Origin: Acidobacteriota bacterium | Lineage (GTDB): Bacteria > Acidobacteriota > Polarisedimenticolia > JAPUKU01 | DNA length: 64,000 nt | Assembly (NCBI GenBank): GCA_027295505.1 | Contig: JAPUKU010000084.1 | Coordinates: 5,926-69,925, forward strand | Direction of reading: 5' to 3' | In this document: piece by piece, positions 17,816 to 27,731 of the stretch | Position numbering within the stretch: position 1 is the first letter of the stretch | How the letters are laid out: each line of letters opens with the position of its first letter | Program-made: the position numbers and the translations under genes | Notes under the pieces: generated by a model | Told to the model about the DNA's origin: nothing | The model's database searches: none | The model's input: only the letters and a program-made list of their open reading frames with translations

Positions 17816-19126
17816 ATGTCTGAATTGAAACCTGTCATCGTCATCGGCGGCGGCCTCGCCGGGTCAGAGGCTGCCTGGCAGCTTGCCCGGCGCGGGGTCC
17901 GTGTGGAGCTGTACGAGATGCGCCCCGTGATGCAGACCCCTGCCCACACCACGACACATCTTGCCGAGCTGGTGTGCAGCAACTCGTTCAAGGCTGATGC
18001 TCTCGATACGGCCAGCGGCCTGCTCAAAGCGGAGCTACGCCGCTGCGGCTCGCTGCTGCTGCAAATCGCCGACAGCACGCGGGTGCCGGCGGGGGGCGCT
18101 CTCGCGGTGGACCGGGATGGCTTCTCGGCCCGCGTGACGGAGGCAATCGAGAGCGAAAAGCTCATCCAGGTTCACCGCCGGGAGATGACGGAGTTGCCGG
18201 AGGAGCGGACAGTGATCGTGGCTGCGGGCCCGTTGATCTCCGAGGCTCTGGCTCGCAGCGTCGGGCAGTTCACAGGGAGAAGGTACCTGTACTTCTACGA
18301 TGCGATCTCCCCTATCGTGGAGCGCAGCTCGATCCGCACCGATCGCACCTTTCGTGCTTCGCGCTACGGCAAGGGCGGTGAGGATTACCTCAACTGCCCG
18401 CTCACCGAGGCTGAATACAACCGTTTTTACGAAGCGCTTACGGGTTCCGAGACGTACCCGCTACACGGCTTCGAGAAGAAATTATTCTTCGAAGGTTGTC
18501 TGCCGATCGAGGAAATGGCCCGGCGCGGGCGCGAGACCCTGCTTTTCGGCCCCATGAAGCCGGTTGGCCTGACCGATCCCGCCACCGGCCACCGACCGTT
18601 CGCTGTCATCCAGATGCGCCAGGATAACCTTGCGGCGGATCACTTCAACCTGGTGGGGTTCCAGACCCAGATGCGCCGGAGGGAACAGGATCGAGTTCTG
18701 CGGCTGATCCCGGCTCTCGAGAACGCCGTGTTCGTGCGCTACGGCCAGGTGCATCGAAACTCATACATAAATTCACCAGCCCTGCTCACTCCCACCCTGC
18801 AGGCGCGCATCCGTCCGACCCTGTTCTTCGCCGGGCAGATCGCCGGCGTGGAAGGATACGTGGAGGCCATGGCCACCGGGCTGATCTCGGGGATCAACGC
18901 GGCCCGCCTGACTGCGGGCGAGGAGCCGCTGGTGTTCCCGCGCACCACGGCACTGGGCAGCCTGCTGCAGTACATCAGCCATACGGACCCCCATGACTAC
19001 CAGCCCAGCAACATCAGCTTTGGATTGCTGCCGCCGCCCGCGGCTCGGACTCCGCGCCGAAAACGACGCCAGCTGATCACCCGGCGGGCCCTCGAGGACC
19101 TGGAGCACTGGAAAGCTGAATGCTGA
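17816..19126 (+). CDS. trmFO: Methylenetetrahydrofolate--tRNA-(uracil54-C5)-methyltransferase TrmFO (Gid).
   Basis: MSELKPVIVIGGGLAGSEAAWQLARRGVRVELYEMRP and the rest of the protein are typical TrmFO. Confidence 0.9.
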   Translation: MSELKPVIVIGGGLAGSEAAWQLARRGVRVELYEMRPVMQTPAHTTTHLAELVCSNSFKADALDTASGLLKAELRRCGSLLLQIADSTRVPAGGALAVDRDGFSARVTEAIESEKLIQVHRREMTELPEERTVIVAAGPLISEALARSVGQFTGRRYLYFYDAISPIVERSSIRTDRTFRASRYGKGGEDYLNCPLTEAEYNRFYEALTGSETYPLHGFEKKLFFEGCLPIEEMARRGRETLLFGPMKPVGLTDPATGHRPFAVIQMRQDNLAADHFNLVGFQTQMRRREQDRVLRLIPALENAVFVRYGQVHRNSYINSPALLTPTLQARIRPTLFFAGQIAGVEGYVEAMATGLISGINAARLTAGEEPLVFPRTTALGSLLQYISHTDPHDYQPSNISFGLLPPPAARTPRRKRRQLITRRALEDLEHWKAEC

Positions 19127-20046
19127 ACTCCATCGAGCGCTTTCTGCACCACCTCAGGGTGGAGCGAAACAGCTCGCCTGAGACCGTACGCGCTTATGCT
19201 TCCGATCTCGCCCGCTTCGCGACCTACCTGCGTGGCACGCGGGATGGACTCGACCCCCTGCCCCCCCCGGACGAGGTACAGACACCCGAGGTGCGCGGCT
19301 ACCTCGCACACCTGCACCGACAGGGGCACCAGAAGTCTTCGACCGCCCGGCGCCTCGCGTCCCTGCGCTCGTTCTTCCGGTACTGCTGCCGCGAAGGCCG
19401 CTGCAGGCGCAACCCGGCCAAGTCGATCATGGCGCCACGCAAGGAGAAGCGCCTGCCACGGGTTCTCTCTGTGGATGAAGTGTTACGGCTGGTGACGGCT
19501 CCTGAGGACGCCACGCCGCTCCAGCGCCGCGATCGCGCCATCCTGGAATTTCTGTACGCTTCGGGTGTCAGGGTTAGCGAGTTGGTGGGTCTGGATCGAG
19601 AGGACCTCGATCTGAAATCGCGTGTGGCTCGAGTGCGTGGCAAGGGTCAGAAAGAAAGGATGGTTCCATTCGGTGAGCCAGCGGCGCACGCCGTCGACTC
19701 CTACCTGCAGGCCTGGACCCAATTGCGCCGTTCCTCCCGCCGGAGAAGGCCGGCACTCGGTGAGGTTAGCGTTCCGTTGTTTCTGAACTTCCGGGGAGAG
19801 CGCCTCGGGGTTCGCAGCGTGCGCCGTATCCTGGACCGGTATCTGCGACACGCCGCCATCGAGCTTCATGTCTCTCCCCATGCGTTGCGGCATTCGTTCG
19901 CCACTCACCTGCTCGACCGTGGCGCCGATCTGCGGGCCATCCAGGAGCTGTTGGGTCATGCGTCCCTCTCCACCACTCAGCGCTACACTCATGTCACCAC
20001 CGAGCGCATGATCGATACGTTCCAGCGGTCCCATCCCCGCGCATGA
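19120..20046 (+). CDS. xerC: Tyrosine site-specific recombinase XerC/XerD family.
   Basis: ETVRAYASDLARFATYL matches the N-terminal SAM-like domain. The catalytic region reads HALRHSFATHLLDRGADLRAIQELLGHASLSTTQRYTHV. It overlaps trmFO by 7 nt. Confidence 0.85.
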   Translation: MLNSIERFLHHLRVERNSSPETVRAYASDLARFATYLRGTRDGLDPLPPPDEVQTPEVRGYLAHLHRQGHQKSSTARRLASLRSFFRYCCREGRCRRNPAKSIMAPRKEKRLPRVLSVDEVLRLVTAPEDATPLQRRDRAILEFLYASGVRVSELVGLDREDLDLKSRVARVRGKGQKERMVPFGEPAAHAVDSYLQAWTQLRRSSRRRRPALGEVSVPLFLNFRGERLGVRSVRRILDRYLRHAAIELHVSPHALRHSFATHLLDRGADLRAIQELLGHASLSTTQRYTHVTTERMIDTFQRSHPRA

Positions 20047-20056
20047 GAAACCAGGC

Positions 20057-20917
20057 ATGAGCGGCCGTAAAGGCAGAGCGCGCGGGACCCCCAAGACAGT
20101 CCCAGGAGGCCCGGATGCCGGGCTGCAGGAGCGGCTGGCTCTGGCTCAGGAGGCCGCCCGGCGGGGTGCCGAGGTTTTGCGGCGGCGCTTCGGAACAATC
20201 GACTTCCGTAATATCGAGAAGAAGGGGCCCAAGGATTTTGTGACCGCAGTAGATCTCGAGGCGGAGGAAGCCGTGGTTGGGTTCCTCGAGAGCCAGACAC
20301 CCGATCTGGGGATCGTGGCCGAGGAACGCCCCGAACGCCCCAGTGCCGACGGCCTCTCCTGGGTGATCGATCCTCTCGACGGCACCACCAACTACGTCCA
20401 CCAGTACCCGTTCTTCGCGGTGTCGGTTGCCTTGGTCCAAGGAAACACACCTCTCGTGGGCGTGGTCCTTGACCCGCTGCGGAATGAGGAGTTCACAGCG
20501 CTGCGCGGAGGCGGGGCGTTTCTGAACGGTGACCGAATCCAGACCTCAGCTGTACGCAGCCTCTCGTCTGCGCTGATGCTCACTGGATTTCCGTTCCGGG
20601 CCATAGCGCTTCTGGGCAGCTATATCCGCTCCTTCGAGGCGGTGCTGCGCAGTACGGTCGGCGTACGTCGTGACGGCTCCGCCGCCCTCGACCTGTGCCA
20701 TGTTGCCTGCGGACGCGCCGACGGTTTCTGGGAGCTACGTCTGTCACCCTGGGATATCGCCGCCGGACACCTCCTGGTCGAGGAAGCGGGCGGTCGCTCC
20801 ACAGATTTTGTCGGGGGAAATTCTCAGTGGCACACGGGCGATATTCTGGCCAGTAACGGCCATCTTCACACCACTCTGATTCGCCTGTTGCGGGAATCGT
20901 TTCCCGGCTATCGCTGA
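20057..20917 (+). CDS. suhB: Inositol monophosphatase family protein (SuhB-like).
   Basis: WVIDPLDGTTNYVHQYPFFAVSVAL is the IMPase signature. WELRLSPWDIAAG matches the C-terminal motif. Confidence 0.8.
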   Translation: MSGRKGRARGTPKTVPGGPDAGLQERLALAQEAARRGAEVLRRRFGTIDFRNIEKKGPKDFVTAVDLEAEEAVVGFLESQTPDLGIVAEERPERPSADGLSWVIDPLDGTTNYVHQYPFFAVSVALVQGNTPLVGVVLDPLRNEEFTALRGGGAFLNGDRIQTSAVRSLSSALMLTGFPFRAIALLGSYIRSFEAVLRSTVGVRRDGSAALDLCHVACGRADGFWELRLSPWDIAAGHLLVEEAGGRSTDFVGGNSQWHTGDILASNGHLHTTLIRLLRESFPGYR

Positions 20918-20976
20918 CACCCGGTCAGCTCACGGGTTGCAGTCGAACACGCCCCTCAGCCTTGATCGGCGCGGAA

Positions 20977-21459
20977 TTAGTCGTGTCTGATGCTGCGGGA
21001 GAGTGGAGACCGGCCGTTTCCTTCTTCTTTCTCTTTGTACAGATACTTGATGGCGTGCTTGAGGATCAGCAGATTGGGCGCGCCGCTGCGGTTTACCTTC
21101 AGGCAGGCACGGTCGTACCACTCGATGACGCCTCGCAGCTGCTCTCCGTCCTTGAGCACCACCACCATCGGCGTGCGCGTGTTCATCTGCTTCAGGTAAT
21201 AGAAGCTTTCAGCATAGGTTTGCTCGGGCGGCGACTGCTTGCGCGTCAAGCGCTTGGGGGCATAAGAATCTTTCAATTCATTCAGGTCAGGCCGGATCAG
21301 CCTGCGCTGGCCCGCGGTGCCGGTCCGCATCGCGTCAGGGTTTCCGTGCGATGTGAGCGTGGATTCCAAATGGCTGGGGCGCGCGAACGGCTGGACCCGC
21401 CCCTGGGCGGGGCTCAATGATACAGATCGATTGCCTTGCTGGGCATTACTCTTCTGCAT
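20977..21459 (-). CDS. hfq: Hfq-like Sm-fold RNA chaperone. The ORF as listed carries a ~90-aa N-terminal extension, and the true start may be internal.
   Basis: The C-terminal 70 aa, [58 protein letters not shown], align to the Hfq Sm1/Sm2 fold (E. coli [46 protein letters not shown]). An internal Met at ~21333 is a possible start. Confidence 0.55.
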   Translation of the reverse strand: MQKSNAQQGNRSVSLSPAQGRVQPFARPSHLESTLTSHGNPDAMRTGTAGQRRLIRPDLNELKDSYAPKRLTRKQSPPEQTYAESFYYLKQMNTRTPMVVVLKDGEQLRGVIEWYDRACLKVNRSGAPNLLILKHAIKYLYKEKEEGNGRSPLSRSIRHD

Positions 21460-21716
21460 TGAGCGTTCCTCTCCTTTTTGAGGACGGCCCCGCTCCCTGC
21501 CTGTTACCGGTGATCCTGGGGACGGGTTGCCCGTTAGGGTGCTCGCTGTGGATTAGGCTTCCCTCAAGCGCAAAGCTAATGAAGGGGTATCAGTAACCCG
21601 AAGTCTGCTGCGCAGTGGCGCGATTGACCGGAGTATAACAGCCGCCACAGGCAAGTTCAAGTTCCCGCGACGAAGAAGGCGACGGTTGAACATGAGTCGT
21701 CCATGAATAATTTCGC

Positions 21717-22778
21717 TCAGGAGTCCGGGTAATTCAAATAGGCTGGGGAGATTTTTATGAAATTCTCGGCCGCCAGTTTCTTGAAATACAATTCGATATC
21801 CACTTGCGTCTTTTTCTGACGAATCCTGTCTTCAATGTCATCCTGCACTTCGGCCTGCTCGACCAGCCGTTCCTCGACGCGCTCATCCAGGCGCACCAGG
21901 TGGAGTCCGAAGCGACTCTCGATGATCGGGCTCATCTCTCCTGGCGTCAGGGAACGAAGGGCGCGCTCGATCGGCCGGGCCAGCTCCTTGGGGCGCAGGG
22001 GGCCAACACGACCTTCTCCCTCCCGGGAGGGAACCTCCGAGTATTTCTGCACCAGAGCGTCAAAACTCGCCCCAGAGTCAAGCTCGGACACGATCTGTTC
22101 GGCCCGGGCCCGAACTTGGTCTTTGTCATCATCTCCCCCAAAGCGCAGAACCAGCTCGGTGAAGGTGACCGTTCCCGGGATGCGGAACTCCTCGATGTTA
22201 TCCTTGTAATATTCCTCGATCTCAGCGTCGCTGACGCTCACCTTCTGGCGAACCTCGCGATCAATCATGATGGACGGTACGTTGATCCGCAGGATTTGCT
22301 CTCGCAGCTCGTCGAGGTTGGTGTTCTGCTCTCGCAGAACCCGGAGGAGTTCGTCGTTCGTCTTGATCTCATTCTGGCGTTTGATCTGCTCGAGGCCCAC
22401 ATCCACGATTTTCGAAGTGTCGAGGCCGAGCACCTCAGCGCGCTGCAGCATCAGAGTTTCATGGATCAGGTCCTGCACCAGGTTGGCACGCGCCTCACGC
22501 ACTTTCTCGTTGAGCTCTTCACCCGAGTAGCGCGCGAACAGGGCTTCAACAACTCGCCCCTCGCGTTCCTTGAGACGGCTCAGGGTAATGATATCGTCGT
22601 TGATGCGGGCAATGATCTCTTCGATGATTTCCGATCTTACCGGCACACACGCTGTGACACAGGCGATTGCGACAGCCGTGACCGCGCGTCGCAACGCCCT
22701 CCAACTCTGCACCGGAGATCGTTCCAGCCGACGTTCAGAAACTGGCATCTGCCTGGTAGACAAATGGAAGGTTTTCAT
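21717..22778 (-). CDS. SurA-like periplasmic chaperone with a parvulin-type PPIase domain.
   Basis: There is a signal/TM segment (AVAIACVTACVP). The N-terminal chaperone-like helical domain is followed by a parvulin segment (...SRFGLHLVRLDERVEE). Confidence 0.6.
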   Translation of the reverse strand: MKTFHLSTRQMPVSERRLERSPVQSWRALRRAVTAVAIACVTACVPVRSEIIEEIIARINDDIITLSRLKEREGRVVEALFARYSGEELNEKVREARANLVQDLIHETLMLQRAEVLGLDTSKIVDVGLEQIKRQNEIKTNDELLRVLREQNTNLDELREQILRINVPSIMIDREVRQKVSVSDAEIEEYYKDNIEEFRIPGTVTFTELVLRFGGDDDKDQVRARAEQIVSELDSGASFDALVQKYSEVPSREGEGRVGPLRPKELARPIERALRSLTPGEMSPIIESRFGLHLVRLDERVEERLVEQAEVQDDIEDRIRQKKTQVDIELYFKKLAAENFIKISPAYLNYPDS

Positions 22779-23691
22779 GGTGAATCTGAACGTTTACAAG
22801 CGATTGCACATCGGTGAGATAATCCTGCATGACCTCATCTGTCTTTCGGCGAAGGAGCGCGAACTCGATCTGATCGCGAACATTATTCAGAGTCTGGCGG
22901 CTCTTGCCCTGGCGCGCCTCGAGGTGAAAGAGTCGATAGCGCCCACTGACGTTGACCACACCGCTCGTTTCCCCAGGGCTGAGTGAGTTGACCACCGCTT
23001 GGATCTCCTCCGGTAGATCGACCTCCTCGTACTGCCGTGGCTCCCCGCGATCGGGGGCCAGTGAATGTCTCTCAGCAAGTTCAGCGAACGAAGCCCCCTG
23101 TTGCAGGTCGGTGCGGATCCTCTTTGCCAGGGGCTCCTCGTCAACGAGGATCTGCCGCAGGACAACGCGTGAGCGGCCCTGGAATTCCTCGGGGTGGTCA
23201 TAAAAAAATTTCTCGATCTCTTCCGGAGTCACGCGCACGTCCTTGAGGATCACCTGATCCTTGAAGCGCTGCAGCAGAAGGGTCCGCCGCACACGTCTTT
23301 GAAACCAGTCGTCGGACTCCGCCGATGCCTTTTCCCGAGACGTGGCCGGGACGACATTTGAAAGACCCTGCACTTCCAGATAGGCCTTCAATGCCGCGTC
23401 GGTCACCTGGACTCCTGATTTGAGAGCTTGCTGCAACAGGAACTGCTCCTCTATGAACTGATCGAACAGGCGGCTCAGGGTGGAAGAATCGGTCTGTTGG
23501 ATGAGGTCCGATGAATCCGATTGCCCCTCTCCGAGCGTGTCTTGAAGGTACTGCTGGAACTCATCGAGGTAGATCGACTGGCTGTCTATCTCCAGGATGC
23601 GCTTGTCGGCGCTCGGGCGCGGCACTGCCGGGGAGCACGCAGCCACTGAGAGCAGCGCCACGACTGCCACGAGCGGCGTTAGGGTCGTCAT
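22735..23691 (-). CDS. Second SurA/PpiD-like periplasmic chaperone (lipoprotein-like signal).
   Basis: MTTLTPLVAVVALLSVAACSP is a lipobox-like signal. The architecture and C-terminal VNVSGRYRLFHLE are SurA-like. It overlaps the downstream SurA-like gene by 44 nt. Confidence 0.5.
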   Translation of the reverse strand: MTTLTPLVAVVALLSVAACSPAVPRPSADKRILEIDSQSIYLDEFQQYLQDTLGEGQSDSSDLIQQTDSSTLSRLFDQFIEEQFLLQQALKSGVQVTDAALKAYLEVQGLSNVVPATSREKASAESDDWFQRRVRRTLLLQRFKDQVILKDVRVTPEEIEKFFYDHPEEFQGRSRVVLRQILVDEEPLAKRIRTDLQQGASFAELAERHSLAPDRGEPRQYEEVDLPEEIQAVVNSLSPGETSGVVNVSGRYRLFHLEARQGKSRQTLNNVRDQIEFALLRRKTDEVMQDYLTDVQSLVNVQIHHENLPFVYQADASF

Positions 23692-23760
23692 CTTCGGGAG
23701 GAACTCGCCGGGCGGAAGCTTACAGACTATGCATCATAACTCTTTTTTGACTCTAGCATA

Positions 23761-26700
23761 TCATCTCAGTGCTTGCAAAACGCCACGCACGTATTCCGGG
23801 ATTTCCTCGGGGCGGGCGGGTGAGGGCATTTTCAGCATACCGTTCGGGCTCAACCTCGCCTGCGGCGTCTGTTTCAGCCAGCCCACCAGCCGCTCGGTGG
23901 GAACTGCGGCCTCTTCAGAGAACGTAATGTGAATGTTCCCTCCGCGTCTTTCGATCTGGCTCACCCTGTGGTGCTCGGCCAGCAGCCGAAGGGAAGCGAG
24001 GGCGAAGAGGTTTTCCGTCTGCCGGGGCAGCTTGCCGTAGCGATCCTCCAGTTCCGCGCGGATGGCTGAAAGCTCCTGATCACTGCGCGCTGAGGCGATC
24101 TCCTTGCACACCTGCAGGCGCTGGTTCGGATCGGGAACGAAATCTTCTGGAACTTTGATCTCCAGCCCCAAGGAAACGCTGGTCTTGACTTCGGGCGGAG
24201 CGGGACGGCCACTCCGCAGCTCATCCACCGCCTGCTCGAGAAGCCGGCAGTACAGGTCAAAGCCAAGTGCAGCAATGTGGCCATGCTGCCGGGGCCCCAG
24301 CAGCTCCCCCGCTCCCCGGAGCTCGAGGTCACGGGCGGCAATGCGGAACCCCGACCCCAGCTCGCTGAATTCCTTGAGAGTGCGCAGGCGCCGCCTCGCC
24401 AGCGGCTTGAGGGCCCCTTCTCCCGGCACGAGCAGGTATGCGTAGGCACGGCGATCGGAGCGGCCGATCCTTCCCCGCATCTGGTAGAGCTGGGCCAGAC
24501 CGAACCGGTCTGCCCGGCTGACGACCAGCGTGTTGACGCGCGGCATGTCCAGACCGTTTTCGATGATGGTGGTGGAGACCAGAACGTCAAAATCTCCCTC
24601 GATGAAACGCAGCATCGTTTTCTCGAGCTGTCGTTCCCGCATCTGGCCGTGCGCCACGTCAACCCGCACTCCCGGCACCAAGCGCTGGATGAGTGCCGCC
24701 ATGGAATGGAGAGTCTCTACTCGATTGTGGACGAAGTAAATCTGCCCCCCCCGCCTCAGCTCCTGCTGTATCGCGGCCGTGATCAGCGAGTCCCGGAACG
24801 GCAGCACTGCGGTCTGGATCGCAAGCCGCCCCTCCGGAGGCGTTTCGATGATGGAAAGATCCCGAACCCCCGCCATTGACATCTGCAGCGTGCGCGGGAT
24901 CGGCGTGGCGGTGAGCGACAGTACATCGACCCCGGCCAGCAGACGTTTCAGCTTCTCCTTGTCGGCAACACCGAAACGCTGCTCCTCGTCCACCACGAGC
25001 AGCCCCAGGGAGCGGAAACACACATCTGCAGAGAGCATCCGGTGGGTGCCGATGAGGATATCCACCTGGCCTTCAGCTGTTGCCTTCAAGGTCTGGCGCT
25101 GCTCGCGGGCACTGCGGAAGCGGCTCAGGAGCTCGATCCGCACCGGGAAGGGCGAGAAGCGCTGACGAAAGGTGTTCAGGTGCTGGAATGCGAGCACGGT
25201 GGTGGGGGCAAGAACAGCCACCTGTCGCTGCTCCATCACTGCCTTGAACGCAGCGCGCATGGCGACTTCTGTCTTGCCGAAGCCAACATCACCGCAAACC
25301 AGCCGGTCCATGGGGGACGGCAGCTCCATATCCTTCTTGACGGCGGCTATCGCCGCAGCCTGATCCGGGGTCTCCGTGAACGGGAAACCCGCCTCGAATT
25401 CGCGCTGCCACTCTGTTTCCGGCCCAAACGCATGTCCGGGGCTCGCCTTGCGTCTTGCGTACAGATCGAGCAGCTCGGTGGCCATCTCCCGCATGGCACC
25501 CCGGACGCGGCGCTTGAGCTTTCCCCACGACGCCCCTCCCAGCCGATCGAGGCGCGGTTTCTGAGTTCCGGAGCCGCTGTAGCGCTCAACGAGATCCAGG
25601 CGATCGAGCGGCACATAGAGCCGTGCGCGATCCTGGTACTCGAGCACCATGAAATCGCCTTCCTGGTTCTGCCCCGGGAAGCGGGTGAGGCCGGTGAAGC
25701 GCCCGATTCCGTGATCCACGTGCACCACATGATCCCCGACCCTCAGATCCCGGAAGTCGCTGCGTGTGAAGGCGCTTGCTTTTCGTGCCCTCGGGCGGAG
25801 CGGTGCCTCTTCTCCGAAGACTTCCCGCTCCGAGTAGACCGTGAGGCGTGCCTCCGGAATCATGAAACCCTGGCGTACGGCGCAGGCCTCGACGTGAAGA
25901 TGCGCGGTTTCCCCAGCTGTTGCCGGCTCTTCCGGAGAGCTCCCCTCCTGTGTCGGGCCGACAGCGGTGAGGCCGTATTCACCAAGCATGTCCCGCGCCC
26001 GCATGGCCGCTCCACGCGAGCCCATGAGCAGCAGCACCTCGCGGCCGAGATCGATTTCCCCCCTCGCCTCACGCGCCAGGTCCGCGGGCCGCTGCCGGAA
26101 GGAAGAAGGTGAGCGGTGCTCCACCCAGAACGTCTTCTCCTCGCCCAGCAGCGAGCCAAGGCCCAGCTCCGACAACCGGAGTCCCGGGCTTTGCAGGCGC
26201 GCCTCAATCTCAGCGCCCGGTACGCGGGGGGGCGCCAGGAGCTCTGCTGCGTCTTCGCCCGCATCGGCGTAGCGGGCGTGCAACGCTTCAAGCAGGCTCG
26301 CGGGCTCGTCGACGACGGTGAGCAATCCCGGAGCGTAGTCGAACAGAAGGTTCGGGGGCTCCGAACCGATCCCTGCAAACGCCTCGATCCCCGGGAAATC
26401 GCGCTCTCCCCGCAAGCGGTGGAGCCATTCGCGCCGGCGGTCATGGGGGCTCTGGCGGTCCTGGCCAATTAACTCGTGCTCCAGCCGCTCCAGGAAGGCT
26501 TCATCGAGAGGACACTCGCGAACAGGGGCCACGAGACAGGTTTGGATCTCCTGGAGCGAGCGCTGCGTGTCGGGATCGAAGGTGCGCAGCGAGTGGACCC
26601 GATCACCCTCGAACTCGAGGCGAAACGGCCGTTCAGAGAGCGGAGAGAACAGGTCCACGACTCCGCCGCGCCGGGCGATCTCCCCTCTCTCGGTCACGGC

Positions 26701-27222
26701 GTCCGCCCGCGCGTAACCACTGCGCGCTAGCCTCTCACAGAGATCGGACGGGGGTAGCTCCTGATCACGGTGGATTTCAAGGAAGGCGGCATCAAACCGC
26801 TCAGCCGGCGGCAGGGGTTGCTCGAGCGCAGACACGGGGACGAGAAAGATGGCCGGCCTCCCTCCGCGGGCGGCACTCAGGGCGGCCACACGCTCGGCTG
26901 CGGTTCGCGGGTGGGTCGAAATGCTGGCCCGGGGGTCAGCCTCGTGCGCCGGAAACGGCAGAATGGGGATGTGGTGCCCTATCTCCAGCAGCCCGACGAT
27001 CTCGGTTAGATCACGGCGAAGGCGGGTCAGTTCGTGGTCATCGGCTCCGACCACGGCCAGGGGGCGCCCAGTCGACTCCTGCAGCAGGAGAAGGGCGAGC
27101 GCACGCGCCGCTCCACCCAGGCCGGCCAGGGTGGCCGATCTGCCCTGACGCAACTCCTCCACGCAGCAGCGGAAGGCATCCACCTGTGCCAGGCGGCGCA
27201 GGATCACAGCCAGCGCCTTCAT
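23761..27222 (-). CDS. mfd: Transcription-repair coupling factor Mfd.
   Basis: The protein is 1,153 aa. It has a UvrB-homology N-terminus and superfamily-2 helicase motifs (GDVGFGKTEVAMRAAF, VVDEEQRFGV, SLTATPIPRTLQMS). Confidence 0.95.
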   Translation of the reverse strand: MKALAVILRRLAQVDAFRCCVEELRQGRSATLAGLGGAARALALLLLQESTGRPLAVVGADDHELTRLRRDLTEIVGLLEIGHHIPILPFPAHEADPRASISTHPRTAAERVAALSAARGGRPAIFLVPVSALEQPLPPAERFDAAFLEIHRDQELPPSDLCERLARSGYARADAVTERGEIARRGGVVDLFSPLSERPFRLEFEGDRVHSLRTFDPDTQRSLQEIQTCLVAPVRECPLDEAFLERLEHELIGQDRQSPHDRRREWLHRLRGERDFPGIEAFAGIGSEPPNLLFDYAPGLLTVVDEPASLLEALHARYADAGEDAAELLAPPRVPGAEIEARLQSPGLRLSELGLGSLLGEEKTFWVEHRSPSSFRQRPADLAREARGEIDLGREVLLLMGSRGAAMRARDMLGEYGLTAVGPTQEGSSPEEPATAGETAHLHVEACAVRQGFMIPEARLTVYSEREVFGEEAPLRPRARKASAFTRSDFRDLRVGDHVVHVDHGIGRFTGLTRFPGQNQEGDFMVLEYQDRARLYVPLDRLDLVERYSGSGTQKPRLDRLGGASWGKLKRRVRGAMREMATELLDLYARRKASPGHAFGPETEWQREFEAGFPFTETPDQAAAIAAVKKDMELPSPMDRLVCGDVGFGKTEVAMRAAFKAVMEQRQVAVLAPTTVLAFQHLNTFRQRFSPFPVRIELLSRFRSAREQRQTLKATAEGQVDILIGTHRMLSADVCFRSLGLLVVDEEQRFGVADKEKLKRLLAGVDVLSLTATPIPRTLQMSMAGVRDLSIIETPPEGRLAIQTAVLPFRDSLITAAIQQELRRGGQIYFVHNRVETLHSMAALIQRLVPGVRVDVAHGQMRERQLEKTMLRFIEGDFDVLVSTTIIENGLDMPRVNTLVVSRADRFGLAQLYQMRGRIGRSDRRAYAYLLVPGEGALKPLARRRLRTLKEFSELGSGFRIAARDLELRGAGELLGPRQHGHIAALGFDLYCRLLEQAVDELRSGRPAPPEVKTSVSLGLEIKVPEDFVPDPNQRLQVCKEIASARSDQELSAIRAELEDRYGKLPRQTENLFALASLRLLAEHHRVSQIERRGGNIHITFSEEAAVPTERLVGWLKQTPQARLSPNGMLKMPSPARPEEIPEYVRGVLQALR

Positions 27223-27731
27223 CGTGAAGAGTTCTGGGACCGAATGCGACGGATAATCTGTGACGTCGAGAGGTTCGACTGCATGGAGACGCGGCGCACA
27301 GTCCCGCCTTTCGCCAGCACCTCTCTCCGCCCGACGATCGCCCCCGGCTTCCAGTCAGCTCCCTTCACCAGGACATCGGGCGCCAGCGCCCGAATCAGGA
27401 CTGCCGGTGTGTCTTCGGAAAACGGCACCACATAGTCGACCGCCGCCAGGGCCCCCAGTAGGGTGATGCGCTCCCGGAGGGGCAGGATCGGGCGGCCCTC
27501 CCCCTTGAGGCGTCGCACGGAAGCATCGGTGTTGACGCCGACCACCAGGAGATCACCGAGCTTTCGCGCGCGTTCCAGGTAACGAACGTGCCCTGCGTGC
27601 ACCAGATCGAAGCAGCCATTGGTGAAGACGACCTTCCGCCCGCGACGGCGGGAGGGTGACAGCCGGCGTGCTAGAGCAGCACGGGTCGTGTGATTGGAAT
27701 TCGCTGCCGGGGGTGGCGGCGTGCGACTCAC
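27219..27731 (-). CDS. Stand-alone RfaE domain II-like cytidylyltransferase-fold enzyme (D-glycero-beta-D-manno-heptose-1-phosphate adenylyltransferase type).
   Basis: KVVFTNGCFDLVHAGHVRYLERARKLGDLLVVGVNTDASVRRLKGEGRPI matches the HldE C-terminal domain. It overlaps the mfd start by 4 nt. Confidence 0.8.
   Translation of the reverse strand: MSRTPPPPAANSNHTTRAALARRLSPSRRRGRKVVFTNGCFDLVHAGHVRYLERARKLGDLLVVGVNTDASVRRLKGEGRPILPLRERITLLGALAAVDYVVPFSEDTPAVLIRALAPDVLVKGADWKPGAIVGRREVLAKGGTVRRVSMQSNLSTSQIIRRIRSQNSSR

Noticed and set aside
20918-20976. Hairpin ACCCG-N8-CGGGT between the convergent suhB and hfq-like genes as an intrinsic terminator.
   Set aside because: The stem is only 5 bp and there is no following T-run on either strand, so it is too weak to call.
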